Shown here: positions 40,701 to 56,354 of the stretch, piece by piece | Layout of the letters: each line of letters starts with the position of its first letter | Numbering within the stretch: the stretch's first letter is position 1 | Origin: Azolla caroliniana | Taxonomy: Eukaryota; Plantae; Polypodiophyta | DNA length: 64,000 nt | Assembly: GCA_043228905.1 (NCBI GenBank) | Contig: JBHGNT010000001.1 | Span: forward strand, 34,782,001-34,846,000 | Reading direction: 5' to 3' | Translations under genes and position numbers: made by a program | Notes under the pieces: generated by a model | Told to the model about the DNA's origin: nothing | Database searches by the model: none | Seen by the model: the letters and a program-made list of their open reading frames with translations, nothing else

Positions 40701-43700
40701 AAGTATTGAGATGCTTCTGCACATCAATAATTCCAGTATCCTTCAACAAGGCTTTCTGAAGCCCTAGTTTCATTTGCTTGACTGTAATACACATCTCTCT
40801 CTTGAACTCATTGAGAAAAAGATCACCAGCAACCTCTAGCCTCTTATTTTCCATACTATCTCTATCATATGTTTTGCACCTGCCGATAGAGCATGATAGC
40901 ACTTCTGAGATCATGCATCCAAGAAGAATGGCTTTTTTAAGGTCATGGTTTACATCCGGGAAGAGGTATCTTTCAAGTACACCAGAAGCAGATTCTTTGC
41001 TCTGACCTGTGTGATTGTTCTTCAACTTGCTCACCACTAAGTTGAGAGCAGCATTTCTAATTCTTTTCCTTTTTTCCATTTCTGTGTCTACCTTCACCTC
41101 ATCTTTCAACACATCCCAAATCTCTTCTTCTGCAGCCTTGAGTGATGGCATTATCAATTCTACACTATGTACATCTATGCACATAATATCCATCAAATCT
41201 TTATCTGATGTTACTCCAAGGGCACGAAATAATATGACTGCATTGATTTCTTGCTTGAAGTATGGAATCTGGACTGTGATGTATGGAATATGAGCCTGAT
41301 TCTCCTTCTTCTTTCCCTTAATAACATTATTGAACTTGAGATTCACAGTTACATACGATAACCTTGAATATAAACCTTTAGTGAGGATTGGAAGTTTCCC
41401 TTGGAATCCTTTATTATCTTTCAAAGGCATGCAACGAAACCTGTGTGCTAGCTCTTCTTGACTTATGAGAACCTGTATTGTCACAATACAACAAATGTCA
41501 TGCATAACACCTCTTGGATGAATACATAACAACGTCTCAATCACCTCATTGTAATTTAATATGTTTAATGAGCATCCAAAACTAAATGAATTTATTTTAT
41601 TTCACTAAATTTCCAAATCATCACATCCAGATCTTCTTGCCACTAAAAGAAACATTATTTTTGTACCATCTGGTTCTATTTGGAGAACAGAAAATCAATT
41701 AGTCATGCAAAACTAAAATCTCAGCAGCAGCTAAAAGGTATATATGCACAAATACCGAACATAAAAACTCAGGATAATTGATGCTAAGACCATTTTTACC
41801 CACATCATGAACTCACTAAACAGATGGTGCTGGGCAGAAATTTATAGCATTTAGGATAATAAAGCTAGGAAATTCATGTGAACAAACTCTTAAGAAATGT
41901 AGACAAATGTGAACCCATATACAATAGGTGTATGAAACCTCAGAAAGAGTTTGAGCCTTGCCACTAACTATAAATAGACAATAAGGTGATTACATTTGCT
42001 AGATAAACATGATACAAGCAACATATAATATATCAACGAGTTAGATACAAATTGCATCACTTCCTTCTACCCCTTGCATCTCATTAGTTCATTGTCACTC
42101 TACTCATCCGTCATTCTTGCCTGTCCTCAAATGTTGTATTTAACTTCAGGAACTAGTATCTTGTCTCATGCAAAATCAAGAGTGAATTTGTATGGAACAT
42201 ATAAAGTTCTTCTTTGTATGCTTATATAACACTTAAACAAACCATAACCATACCACATTTCATAGACCATTCCGAGGCTCAATAATTGCCCAGAAATGAA
42301 ACTAATAATTTCCCAGAGAATGATTGCACTTGTTCTCAAAATATACTTGATCAAAGATGAAGCTATAATAATACGCCTAATGTGTAGTCTGAAGACTCAA
42401 ATGAAAGTTTTGTGTGATGACTCTGCTCTTGAACACCATATCTACCACCTACTAAACAAAACTAATAAGGGGAACCTACGAATTCATTTGAATGACATTA
42501 GACTTACGAGTCAAAAATAGAAATAATGATTGCCTGATCTTGAATATATATGTGCTAAACCCCAATCAATAATCCTCCCAATCAAGCATCTGTCTTGAGC
42601 CATTCAACGTATTCTCAAGAAAACCCGACCAGCTGATATGGATTGTAAATATCTTATCTGACCACTATAAATCATGGTTACATTGGGCTTCAGGATTGCA
42701 CTAGAGTAACAGCCCACTTAAGAAGAGAAATGAATCGATAAGAAACTAACAGCTAGTACCTAAGATTTTGCAATCCATTGCTTTATATACAATTCATCTT
42801 TTCGACGTATTGGAATACATTTTTTTCACCAGGCAGAGTGATCACCGGATCTAATGGATCAAGACGACCACCTCAGTTACAACTTATTCTCTCAAGGATG
42901 TACAATAGTTGGTTCATAAGCTGCCATAAGACATCTTGTACTATGCCACTCAACCTACACATGCCTCAATGACATGTCATTCATAAGCTCTCATTTCATT
43001 ATAAGACAAACAACTTACCTCGAGAATTGGCTAAATCTTCAGTGATGCAATGAACATTCTTATGCAAAATAAATTTGATGTTGTTACACAGCTTTCACCT
43101 TTAATTGTGATTGGCGTAAAAACCCCAACAATGCCTGAGACATTTTCTAAGGTGTCTTATGTTTCTACTACATATGCAGATTTCTGTTTGGCTTTCTACT
43201 ACAATCATTCATGCCTCTGTATGGAGCTTCACACATTTTTTCAACCACATAACATAACATCCAAGAATGACACGAATGTTCAGCTACGTGTCATTGGCTG
43301 ACATTTTGGAATTGCTTTCATGGTTACAAAAATAATTGCTCATTTTCATTTTGGGACACTAATTTATATGTGACATTTCTGTACAAGTTAGCAACAGGCT
43401 TAAAGCTTAAAGATAAGTAGATTATAGTTACTAGAGTGTTCAAGCAGAGTCTCCTAAAGGCACAACCATGGAAACACACCTTTTCAGATCCTTTGATGAT
43501 GAAATAGCCTCCAAGATCAAATAAGCACTGATTTCCATGGAGTAAGCTGTCTTTTGAGAGATCACGGGTATGGCAATATGAGGAATTTACCATTACAGGA
43601 ATCTTTCCAAGCAACACCCTCTCACAAAGCTCATCTGGCATGAATTCTTCTTTAGGATCATCAAGAGCCGAAAAACTCTGCTGCTTCCCATTTGGATAAC

Positions 43701-44267
43701 TACTTTTATTTTCTTGTGAATTCCAATTCTTATCTGACATCACACACCCTTTTCCTTTTCGATTGGATGTAGCCTGATAAGAACTACAAACCTGAAAAGT
43801 ACAAGAAATGACCAATCTGTTTCTCAGAAAAAAGCACATATGGATCAAGCATGAAGAAAAGAACAAACCTTATGTGAGGGAAAAGCAATCAATTAGCATA
43901 CTTTGATATGTACATCAACTTCAATTTTCGCACTGTAAGTGAAGTTCCGACACATAGCTTCATTGGGTAAAAGCTTCCGAACATCTCCATTTTTATCAAT
44001 AACATCCGGTTTGGAGATATACACTTTACGAAATCGGAGTTTCACATGCCTACATCTCTTCTCAGTAGGAGAAGATTTGTTTGTCATGATCTCGATTTCG
44101 GACATGTCATCCATGAGATTTTGTATACCTCGGTTCATAAAGTCATCGAAAGACCTCATCTGGTGTGAAACCAAACCTTGTTCTTCAATCAAAGTTTGTT
44201 CAATCTTTGCAATAGCCTTCTCATCGATCCATGCACGATCAATTATTTCTTTCTCTATATCCATCAT
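37788..44267 (-). CDS. NRPD2: DNA-directed RNA polymerase IV/V-type second-largest subunit (NRPD2/NRPE2-like), divergent, ~1202 aa
   Basis: Six coding exons: 44267-43902, 43791-43480, 41472-40505, 40006-39712, 39554-38368 and 38268-37788. Total 3609 nt, in frame, GT-AG junctions. RPB2 motifs: GLVSHQ..SF..F, GGYFIIKGSEKV, GYNQEDSIVMN, GEMERDCLLAHGA and the C-terminal CxxC..CxxC. Pol IV/V signatures: GDKFSSMHGQKGV, NPH.FPSRQT.GQLLE, RWG, VKFR..GP.HPLTRQPV.DR. Probable 5' UTR intron (acceptor ~44273, donor ~45378). Confidence 0.9.
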
Positions 44268-45637
44268 TCAACCTGTAAGATTATTGGTACCATTAAACAA
44301 GGTGGGCTGTTCTTTCCAACAAAAAAATGTCAGGATTGAATAAAAAAACCCACATAATCATTGACATGGGTGAACCATTAAGCCAAGACCATCCATCTAC
44401 AGGCAAAAGAAATCCATAAAACTAATCCCGATCCTAAGAAATAAGTAGGGTCAATGATTTTTATACAGAGAATATACACAATATTCTCCTCCTCTATGGA
44501 ATCTTTATTTGTTTAAACAATAGCCTAACCATTCTAAATCAGTATCCCCTTGAATGCATTCATTACAAATTCCGCTTCACACAAAAAAATAAAACAACAA
44601 TATTTGTTGTCTGAGAAAATTTTTACTTTTAGTCCTCATCATTCTTCTACAAAAAATTATAGACCTCAGTAATACTTCTTTTGAGGAAATTTGTACATCT
44701 AATCCTTCTAAGAAAATGTGTAGATCGGGGATAAAATACTTCTAAATCAACATTTCTTGATCAATCCGTTCTAAGACTAGCTTTACCCTTCAAAGCTTTT
44801 TATTGCCAATCCCTCTTCCCACGAGGAAAGAAAAAAGAAAAAAAGTGAACATTTTGCCTTCTAACATTTCGACCTAATCATTCTTCTAATAAAATCTATA
44901 GCCTTTCTGTTCTTTCGTATTACCAACTCCTCTTAACAAAAAAAAACAGCATTTAGTCTTCTAATATCGAGATTCCATTTCCATGCAAGAAAACATGAGC
45001 ATGGGCATCAAAATGTGTATGCGTAGGTGGGTGGTTGTGCATGTATATGCGAATGGGGTGGGGATGTGGATGTGGTGGGCATGGGTATGTTTCTGTGTCT
45101 GTGTGCATGTATGTGTATACGTAGGTTTTAGGCTGATTACTTATAAAAGAGAGCCAACCACATAAACGCATAACGTTTTGCATGTCAGTAATTATTGCGG
45201 CAATATATATCCAAATCAATGGTACTTTACTGTATATCTCGATATGCATGTGCATACATTTAGAATCAAATTGAAAGCGTTTTTTTTTTTTTTTAAACCA
45301 TACAAAACCATATAATTAACTCATGGCGGCGAGCTCATCAAAGGAAAAGGGTGGGGAGGCGGAGGAGCTAAATATTACCTGGAGAGTTGTAACTTCAATT
45401 GTGTTTAATTTACTGGCGGTGCAATATTGCGACCAAATTCTGATCAGCACACATAAAACATGAGAAGAAGAATAAAATGACGAAGACTTAATGAGAATGG
45501 AGGAAAACAGAGAGAAGAAACGAAGAAGAAACAGACGGGGGGGGGGGGGGCGGGGAAGAGACAGAGACAAAGACAGAGACAGAGAATGTGTGTGTGTGTG
45601 TGTAGTTGAGCTCTCGTTTTAGACCACGTTCACATGC

Positions 45638-45880
45638 TGCTAGTAGTAGTATAGTGCTTTATTATTAGTAATAGGTTACAATTCTTCCTCTTCCTTCCTC
45701 TTCTTCTTCTTCTTTCTGTCTGTCTTTCTGCTAGTAGTTACTAGTAATAGTAGTGGTAGTAGTAAGTTAATAGGCTACACTTCTTCTTCTTCTTCTTCTT
45801 CTTTCTTTCTGCCTGTCTTTCTACTAGTAGTAGTTAGTAGGCTACAATTCTTCTTCTTCTTCTTCTTCTTCTTGGTGTCT
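45638..45880. repeat. Compound (TAG)n-ggctaca-(CTT)n repeat, 3 copies, between the NRPD2-like gene and RPS6
   Basis: ctagtagtagt...tagg(t/c)taca(a)ttcttcttc...tttct unit repeated three times. Confidence 0.85.
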
Positions 45881-46906
45881 TTCTTTCTTCTTTGTGAGTG
45901 TGTGCATTGTCATACACGCTTTCGGGAGGCTGCTTGCGCGGACACCCATCCATGTAGCCCGTATCGAGGAATATCTCATAGGTTCATTTCCGATTGCCCT
46001 GCCCTACCACGTCCCGTGTGCTCGTGTTTCGAAGCATGGCCGGACTGCTGGAGATCTTGACACCGTACCTGGATTTTGTCGTAGTTGTGTGAGCGCGCTT
46101 GGATCATTGACACCCACAACATCTTTATTTCACTTCGAGATATTCGTGCACCTATATGTAACTTCATGCATGTGCTTTTTCTTCACCCTGCACCCGCTCC
46201 TCCTGTGCCTCTTGGACAAATTGGCTCCCCCAAACATTGGAACGTGCCGAACATTATATGTGTCAATGCAAATAAATAACATAAATTGTAGCTATGTTAC
46301 AATTTTTTTATTGTCGTGACATTTGTTTGCTTTGTTGATATGTTTGCAACGTTCTCTAGTTGTCAAACCTTCCCTTAAAGAGTGTTAATTTTGCTACCAA
46401 AATATTTTTGTTTTTCTCTTGATTGATAGTCATGTCGCGCAACACTGTCCTAATATCTAATTGTCATCACTAGAGCGAAGTTCATTTTCCTAGCCGTTTG
46501 ATTCATGTAATCTACGAGTTGTTATCTTTTCTCTCTTAATTGCAGTAGTTTTAACGCCTTTTCTATGGTATTTTGCAATATACGAATGCCTTCCAAAGTA
46601 GCTAATGTGCCAAACGTATCAAACAAATCGATGACACCACATGCATGATTTACCGACATTGATATCATCAAAAGAAGATCGAGAATGTCTTGCATGTTCC
46701 CATGACTATTAAGAATGGAGTGTCAGTCAAATGTTGATATGAAATAGAGTCTCTTGTGTTTGGTTAATAATGGTGGTGACCTTCACTCGTCGTCGAGTGT
46801 GATGCCATGAGAAGAGACAATTTAAGTAAGTAGTCATGAGAAGAGATGGGGAGGGAGGGACATATTTGTAAAATGCGGAGAATGAAGAGACTAGTTTTGT
46901 AGTCTC

Positions 46907-46960
46907 TGGGCTTTCATGAAAAAGGCTTCCTTGTATGTATGTATAAAGATATTAGGGTTT
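46907..46960 (+). promoter_or_regulatory. Ribosomal-protein-type promoter: site II motif, TATA box and telo-box
   Basis: TGGGCT (site II, TGGGCY) at 46907, TATAAA at 46942 and TTAGGGTTT (telo-box) at 46952-46960, about 150 bp before the RPS6 ATG. This combination is typical of plant translation-machinery genes. Confidence 0.7.
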
Positions 46961-47102
46961 CCTACAGGCGAGCTTCTTTGCCTCTCAACATAGCAGGCAG
47001 TGTCAGTCATTCGATCAGACCGAAGCTACTGACGACGACGACGTCGAAGAAGAAGAAGAAGAAGTCGAGCTTCTCCTTCTCTCGCTCAGCACTCGATTCA
47101 TC

Positions 47103-50664
<3,562 letters not shown>

Positions 50665-52127
50665 TCCAGCATCTTTATTTAGCTTCTGATTCGGTTTTGA
50701 TTGTTGCTCACATTTTTTAAAACTTTGAGATGAATTTGATTCCATTCGATGTTTGATTGGGTTATCAGATAAGCCAAGCACAATATTTTCCCAATTTGAG
50801 AGATTTTTAATCTAATTAAAGTCATTTTTCACCGTTTCTTGGTATTACATTTTGGTTCTATCCAATGACGAAGAGATCTCAGGATGTCTTTATAAGTTAT
50901 TTTTGGTGGTGTTAAGTACAAATATATATGTATATTCTCGGTATTATCATAGTTCAGAAGTATGATTCAAATGACAATGTCACAATCAACATGCAGTTCT
51001 TGCAAGACTCTAAAGCGTTCCATGTTATGTAAATGTCATTGCTTGAAACGTGGAATTATCAGTAACAGAACAGAAACAATATGTACATGATAAGGCTGAA
51101 ACTACTGGATGTAGGCATATTTTTAATTAATTTTAGTAGAACAAAAAGTATTACCATACTTATTTTTTATTTTTATAAAAATTAGCTTGCAAGAAATTGT
51201 TCCCAATGATAATGACTTGATAATTTGGTAGAGCTAAAGTAAAGTGTCCTTTGTAAATGGCGAAGATCTTAATTTCATAATTAGATGTTATGAGCAGGCT
51301 ACAGCTGACAGTATTAGTCTAGTCAATATGACTTTTTTTATCTATAAAAGGTCTAACATACTAGATCTTGCATCAAAGTCATTTGGATGAACGAGCCGAC
51401 CGACTTATATTCAAGGAAGCGAAACTGCTTTTGATCTCAATGTTGGTTACACCGAGGATTCAAAAGATAATTCAAATGTGCTGTGATTGAAACAACTATA
51501 ATTATAAAGTATTGTTAGTTCTGAGGTCCTTGGCACTTGCCATTTTCTTCCAATGTTCACAACCTGTTTGATCAATGTGTTTTAACAGAAGGGCGAAAAC
51601 AAGTGGGGCTTATAACTTATAAGAGTTTTTTTCCTTAGAGGAATACCTCAGTTTTCCATCCTAAATGATCTTGGTCAGCCTCCTATAAAGAAAGGTAGGA
51701 AGAATCGACCATATAATGAAATGAAATAGCACACGTAATTGAGATACCATTGCTCGATTAGCTCAGTAGATGATGAAAGCTCAAGGGAGAAGGAAGAACG
51801 CAAGGGCTCTTCGGAAAAACGAAACGGTCAGAGGCATTAAGCGGGGAAAATTAAGAACAACTTAAGAGCAGAGCAAAGCATTCTAAATAAGAGTAGAATC
51901 TTCTGAGGAGCTTTTCCAAATCGTTATTAAGTCTCTTATCACAGGTAAATAGGACATTAGCCTTTTGAAAATTTTGAGAAATACCCTGCAGGACTAAAAT
52001 TAAAATCATTACAAGTTTTGAAAACAAAGTTTCATACTTGCGTTGAAAATATTCTTAAAATTGGACAGACATGCCAGTGAAAGCATGAACAATTGAATTG
52101 CGTACATGCATTCAAAATTATACATAA

Positions 52128-52897
52128 ATGAATTGCAGACACGCCATTGAAAACATTTATCAAGAAGAAGGAATGTTTTTCCCATGCAATAGTATATGCA
52201 CATTTTTCTTTCTTTCTTTGCAAGTATGGATAGGAAAAACAAAACAAACACACTTGGAAATCATCTTATTACCATGCTGGTTGCATGCAGTAGCATTTTT
52301 ATGTGTAAATGATATTACATAAATGCACTCCTTTGGAAGTTCTCACCTGGACAAACAATTGGAAATCATCTTATGGCCATGATCATTGAATATGGAAACA
52401 TGTTTTGACATTGGGACAAAAAGCTTATTTGTCGAATTACACATAATGGACATGCTTGGTAGCAGGATTTATATCAAATGAAGACATTGGCAACCATCTT
52501 AGTCCATTGAATGTAAATGCATACATTCATTGACACACTTGATAGAGAGTAGGGTATGGCCTAGTTGTCATCGTTTGCCCATTCTAGACCTTCGACCTAA
52601 ATTCCTCATTAAAAGGAAACATGCTAGCTCAAGCTTCTGTGAGAAGCTTATTCATTTAGATGCACATTCATGGGCATTTTACTTGATAGGATGTATTTAG
52701 CAAATCAAGACTTTCGAGGAGAATCTTATGGCCATGCTCATGGAATGCAGAAGCACTTATTGAGCACTTATCCATCTAATTCTGGGAAAACATCTTACGA
52801 ACATGTTCATGAACTGTGGAAGCATGCTTGATACTTGTATGATAGCAGAACATGTTCACTCAAATATTTGGACTCTTGATTAATGCCCTCTGTCGCA
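52128..52897 (+). pseudogene. Tandem array of decayed copies of the 5' end of the adjacent PPR gene
   Basis: Segments similar to gene positions ~52906-53140, e.g. ttgaaaacatttatcaagaagaagga vs ttgaaaacatgtatcaagaacaagga. Remnant peptides LGNHLITMLVACSS (~52253), IGNHLMAMIIEYG (~52358), NEDIGNHL (~52477), NLMAMLMEC (~52723) and LGKHLTNMFMNCGSMLD (~52782), versus the gene's NEDIGNHLVPMLIECGSIFD. All interrupted by stops or indels. Confidence 0.75.
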
Positions 52898-52905
52898 TAT
52901 GAATA

Positions 52906-55900
52906 ATGAATCCAGTTCCAAAATTTATAGATGCCTTGAAAACATGTATCAAGAACAAGGACCCATCCTCTGCTAAGGATATACATGCTCTTCTGTTCAA
53001 GTATGGATTAGAAAACAATGAAGACATTGGAAACCACCTTGTGCCCATGCTGATTGAATGTGGAAGCATATTTGATGCCCGAGAAGTCTTTGACAGGATA
53101 TTTCGTCGAAATGTACACTCTTGGACTTATTTGATTGCAGGGTACATCCGACATGGGGAACCTAGTCATGCTCTTGATTTATACTCAAAAATGTGTGCTG
53201 ATTATGTACAACCCAACAATCATACCTTCACGGCTCTTTTAAAAGGGTGTTCTTCTTTGAAAGACATGCAACATGGTGAAGCAATACATCTTGAGGTTGT
53301 GAAGAAGGGGTTTGAACAAGATCTTTTCGTTAGCGGAGCTTTGGTTGATATTTATGTGAAACGAGGTTGGTTTCCTGAAGCTTGTGTAGTATTTGAGAAG
53401 CTTATGGTTAGGGATATTGTATTGTGGAATGCAATGATAATGGGATATGCTGAATATGGAGAGGATCATTGTGCTCTTGAATGTTTCAAAGCCATGCATC
53501 TTCATGGTACTTCCCCGAATGCAGCTACATTTTCTTGCATCTTGAAAACGTTTGGCAGTTTAGGAGACATTGAGAAAGCTCAAAAGCTTTATGAGGAGGT
53601 AGTGATGAAGGGGCTGGAAAAAGACCTTTTTATCGTCAGTAGTTTGATCGAGATGTACATTAGATGTGGCAATCTTTTTGATGCACATAGTGTCCTTGAA
53701 AGATTTTCTTGCCGGAATGTTGTTTTATGGAATCAATTAATCACTGGATATGGAGAATATAGGATTTATAACGAAGTGGTAAAATGTGTTGAACTGATGC
53801 AGCAGGAAGGTATAAGGCAAGATACTGTCACTATGGTTTGGCTCTTGAAAACAAGTATAAATATGCAGATCATACAAATGGGTCTGGAAACACACATACA
53901 GATAATAAAACAAGGAGTAGAAGCTGATGTTTATCTTGGAAGCACAATAGTTGATATGTATGTGAAATTCGGGTTGATTTCAGAAGCTAAGGAAGTTTTC
54001 CTGATGTTACCATTTAGAAATGTCGTGGCTTGGAATGTACTTATTACTGGGTATGCAGAACATGGGCCTTTTGAAGAGGCGTTCCTCTGCTTACAACAAA
54101 TGGAGGATGAAAGTGTGTCACCAACGTCACTTACATTCGTAGGTATCTTGAAAGCTTGTGTAAATTTTCGATCTAAAGATAAGGGACATATCATACACAT
54201 GAAGATACTATGCAAGGGCCTAGAAGGAGATCATTCTGTGTGCAACGCGTTAATTGATATGTATGGTGACTATGGCATGCTTTTAGAGGCTAGAGAGGTC
54301 TTTGATAACATGTTAAAACACTGTGTCGTGTCTTGGAATACACTGATTTCAGGTTACATTGAGCATAGACATAGCGATGAAGCATTACAATGTTTTGAAC
54401 AAATGAAAAGTGAGGGCATCTCACAAGATGTGGTCACCTTTTCACATACCCTAAAGGCATGCAATGACAAGGAAGCAGTTTTCAAAGGGCAAGAGATGCA
54501 CATTGATATTATTAAAAAAGGGTTTGAGGATGACCAAGTTGTAGGCAGCATACTGGTAGATATGTACATGAAGTGTTGTCACTCAAATGCGGAGTCTCAG
54601 GATGTGTTTGACAAAATGCTGTGTCAAACTGTGCTTTCATGGAATTCGCTTATTGCGGGATACAGTGGTCATGGTTTCGAGGTGAAAGCATTGGAAGGGC
54701 TTCAGCATATGCAATCACAAGGTCTTTCTCCGACTACTGTCACTTACACATATGTTATAGATGGATGCTGCAGCATGAAATATGTGTACAATGGAATGGA
54801 AATACACATGGAAATCGTTAGGAAGGGATATGAAAGAGATCCTTTGGTAAATAATGCTTTAATTGGCATGTATGTGAAATGTGGCATGCTCAACGAAGCT
54901 CAAAATTGCGTTGGCACTGATGAAGATGTTCTATCATGGAGTACTTTAATCGCAGCCCATGCGGATCTTGGGTGCTGGGAAGAAGTATTAGGTATTTCAA
55001 AGAGGATGCAAGCAAAGGGTTCATATCGAGATGCTATTACTCATGCTAGTATACTGAAAGCATGTGGTGCTATGAAGTTTCTGGAGAAGGGGCAACATGT
55101 GCATATGACTGTTGTACATCAGGGATTAGATCGAGACCCAACAGTTTGTGGTGCTTTGGTTGGCTTTTACATGAAATGTGGCTCTCTTGAAGAAGCCAAG
55201 CTGGTATTTGAGAGCCTCCATCCTCGGAATATTGTATGTTATAATTGTCTACTTGCTGGTTATACTGAACATGGATTTGGGCTGGAGGCTCTGAGCTGCT
55301 TTGAGAGGATGCAAGACCAGGGAATTTCACCCAACTCTGTAACATATCTTTTTGTGTTGAAGGCATGTGGAAGCAAGCTGGGAGCTGTAGAGAAAGCATG
55401 GGAAAATCATAAGGCTACTGTACTCCGAGGATTTGAACTAGACTGTCACGTTGGTAGCACATTGGTTGATATGTACATGAAATATGGCTTCTTCAAAGAG
55501 GCACATCATGTCTTTAACAACCTTCCAATGCGAAATAATGTGGCATGGAATGCCATGATAAAGGGCTATGGCCTACATCACGAGGGTAAAGTGGCCATAC
55601 AACTATTCGAGGCGATGTGTGCTCAGGGTATGAAGCCAGATGCTATAACATTCACGTGCCTTTTGACCACCTGCAGTCGTGTAAGCATGATCTCCATGGG
55701 TCAGGAGATGTTTAAGATAATGAAAGATGAATATGGCATTGCTCCGACAGAGGACCATGTCTTTTGCATAGTAGATCTTCTTGCTAGATCAGGTGCGCTG
55801 CAAGAGGCTGGGAAGTACCTTGATAGCACGCATTGTTTTCCCTCTGAAGATTTGTGGACAACATTACTCAGTGCGTGCGGTACTTATGCTGGGGTCCAAA

Positions 55901-55908
55901 TGCTTTGA
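52906..55908 (+). CDS. PLS-class pentatricopeptide repeat protein (organellar RNA-binding/editing factor), 1000 aa, ends inside the E1 domain
   Basis: Single-exon ORF with many P-L-S triplets (LVDMYxKCG..EA..VF...; VVSWNxLIxGY; TFxxxLKAC), P2-L2-S2 (YGIAPTEDHVFCIVDLLARSG) and the start of E1 (PSEDLWTTLLSAC). No E2 or DYW. Confidence 0.93.
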   Translation: MNPVPKFIDALKTCIKNKDPSSAKDIHALLFKYGLENNEDIGNHLVPMLIECGSIFDAREVFDRIFRRNVHSWTYLIAGYIRHGEPSHALDLYSKMCADYVQPNNHTFTALLKGCSSLKDMQHGEAIHLEVVKKGFEQDLFVSGALVDIYVKRGWFPEACVVFEKLMVRDIVLWNAMIMGYAEYGEDHCALECFKAMHLHGTSPNAATFSCILKTFGSLGDIEKAQKLYEEVVMKGLEKDLFIVSSLIEMYIRCGNLFDAHSVLERFSCRNVVLWNQLITGYGEYRIYNEVVKCVELMQQEGIRQDTVTMVWLLKTSINMQIIQMGLETHIQIIKQGVEADVYLGSTIVDMYVKFGLISEAKEVFLMLPFRNVVAWNVLITGYAEHGPFEEAFLCLQQMEDESVSPTSLTFVGILKACVNFRSKDKGHIIHMKILCKGLEGDHSVCNALIDMYGDYGMLLEAREVFDNMLKHCVVSWNTLISGYIEHRHSDEALQCFEQMKSEGISQDVVTFSHTLKACNDKEAVFKGQEMHIDIIKKGFEDDQVVGSILVDMYMKCCHSNAESQDVFDKMLCQTVLSWNSLIAGYSGHGFEVKALEGLQHMQSQGLSPTTVTYTYVIDGCCSMKYVYNGMEIHMEIVRKGYERDPLVNNALIGMYVKCGMLNEAQNCVGTDEDVLSWSTLIAAHADLGCWEEVLGISKRMQAKGSYRDAITHASILKACGAMKFLEKGQHVHMTVVHQGLDRDPTVCGALVGFYMKCGSLEEAKLVFESLHPRNIVCYNCLLAGYTEHGFGLEALSCFERMQDQGISPNSVTYLFVLKACGSKLGAVEKAWENHKATVLRGFELDCHVGSTLVDMYMKYGFFKEAHHVFNNLPMRNNVAWNAMIKGYGLHHEGKVAIQLFEAMCAQGMKPDAITFTCLLTTCSRVSMISMGQEMFKIMKDEYGIAPTEDHVFCIVDLLARSGALQEAGKYLDSTHCFPSEDLWTTLLSACGTYAGVQML

Positions 55909-56354
55909 CAATCTTGTATAACTCAATTAAAATCTACTGTCAATGTAAATAATGAAATGAATGCGTGAATGAGCATGAGCAATGATAGATGAAGTGTTAT
56001 GGTTGATTTTCACAAGATAGGTCAATGCTGAGATGGGGGGTACTGCAGAGGTACTCAGAAAAGACTAACTGGGAAGCCATCACACTTTGACAGAAGGCAG
56101 TAACATAAGAACAAAAGTGGTTGATTATTCTACATATATGGAATTCAACCATTCGGATCTTGTAAGTCCAACCAAAGATTCCTATTTATATACAACCAAG
56201 TAACCAAAAAGTTTATATATACCACCATTCATATCTTGTGAGCATCAAGCTAATTACTATGACCCTTGTCCTATCATTATTAACACAACCCATTATTTCA
56301 GGTGATGACCAGTTTAAAATTGAGCACTGCTAGAAAACAAAATAGAATGATGAA

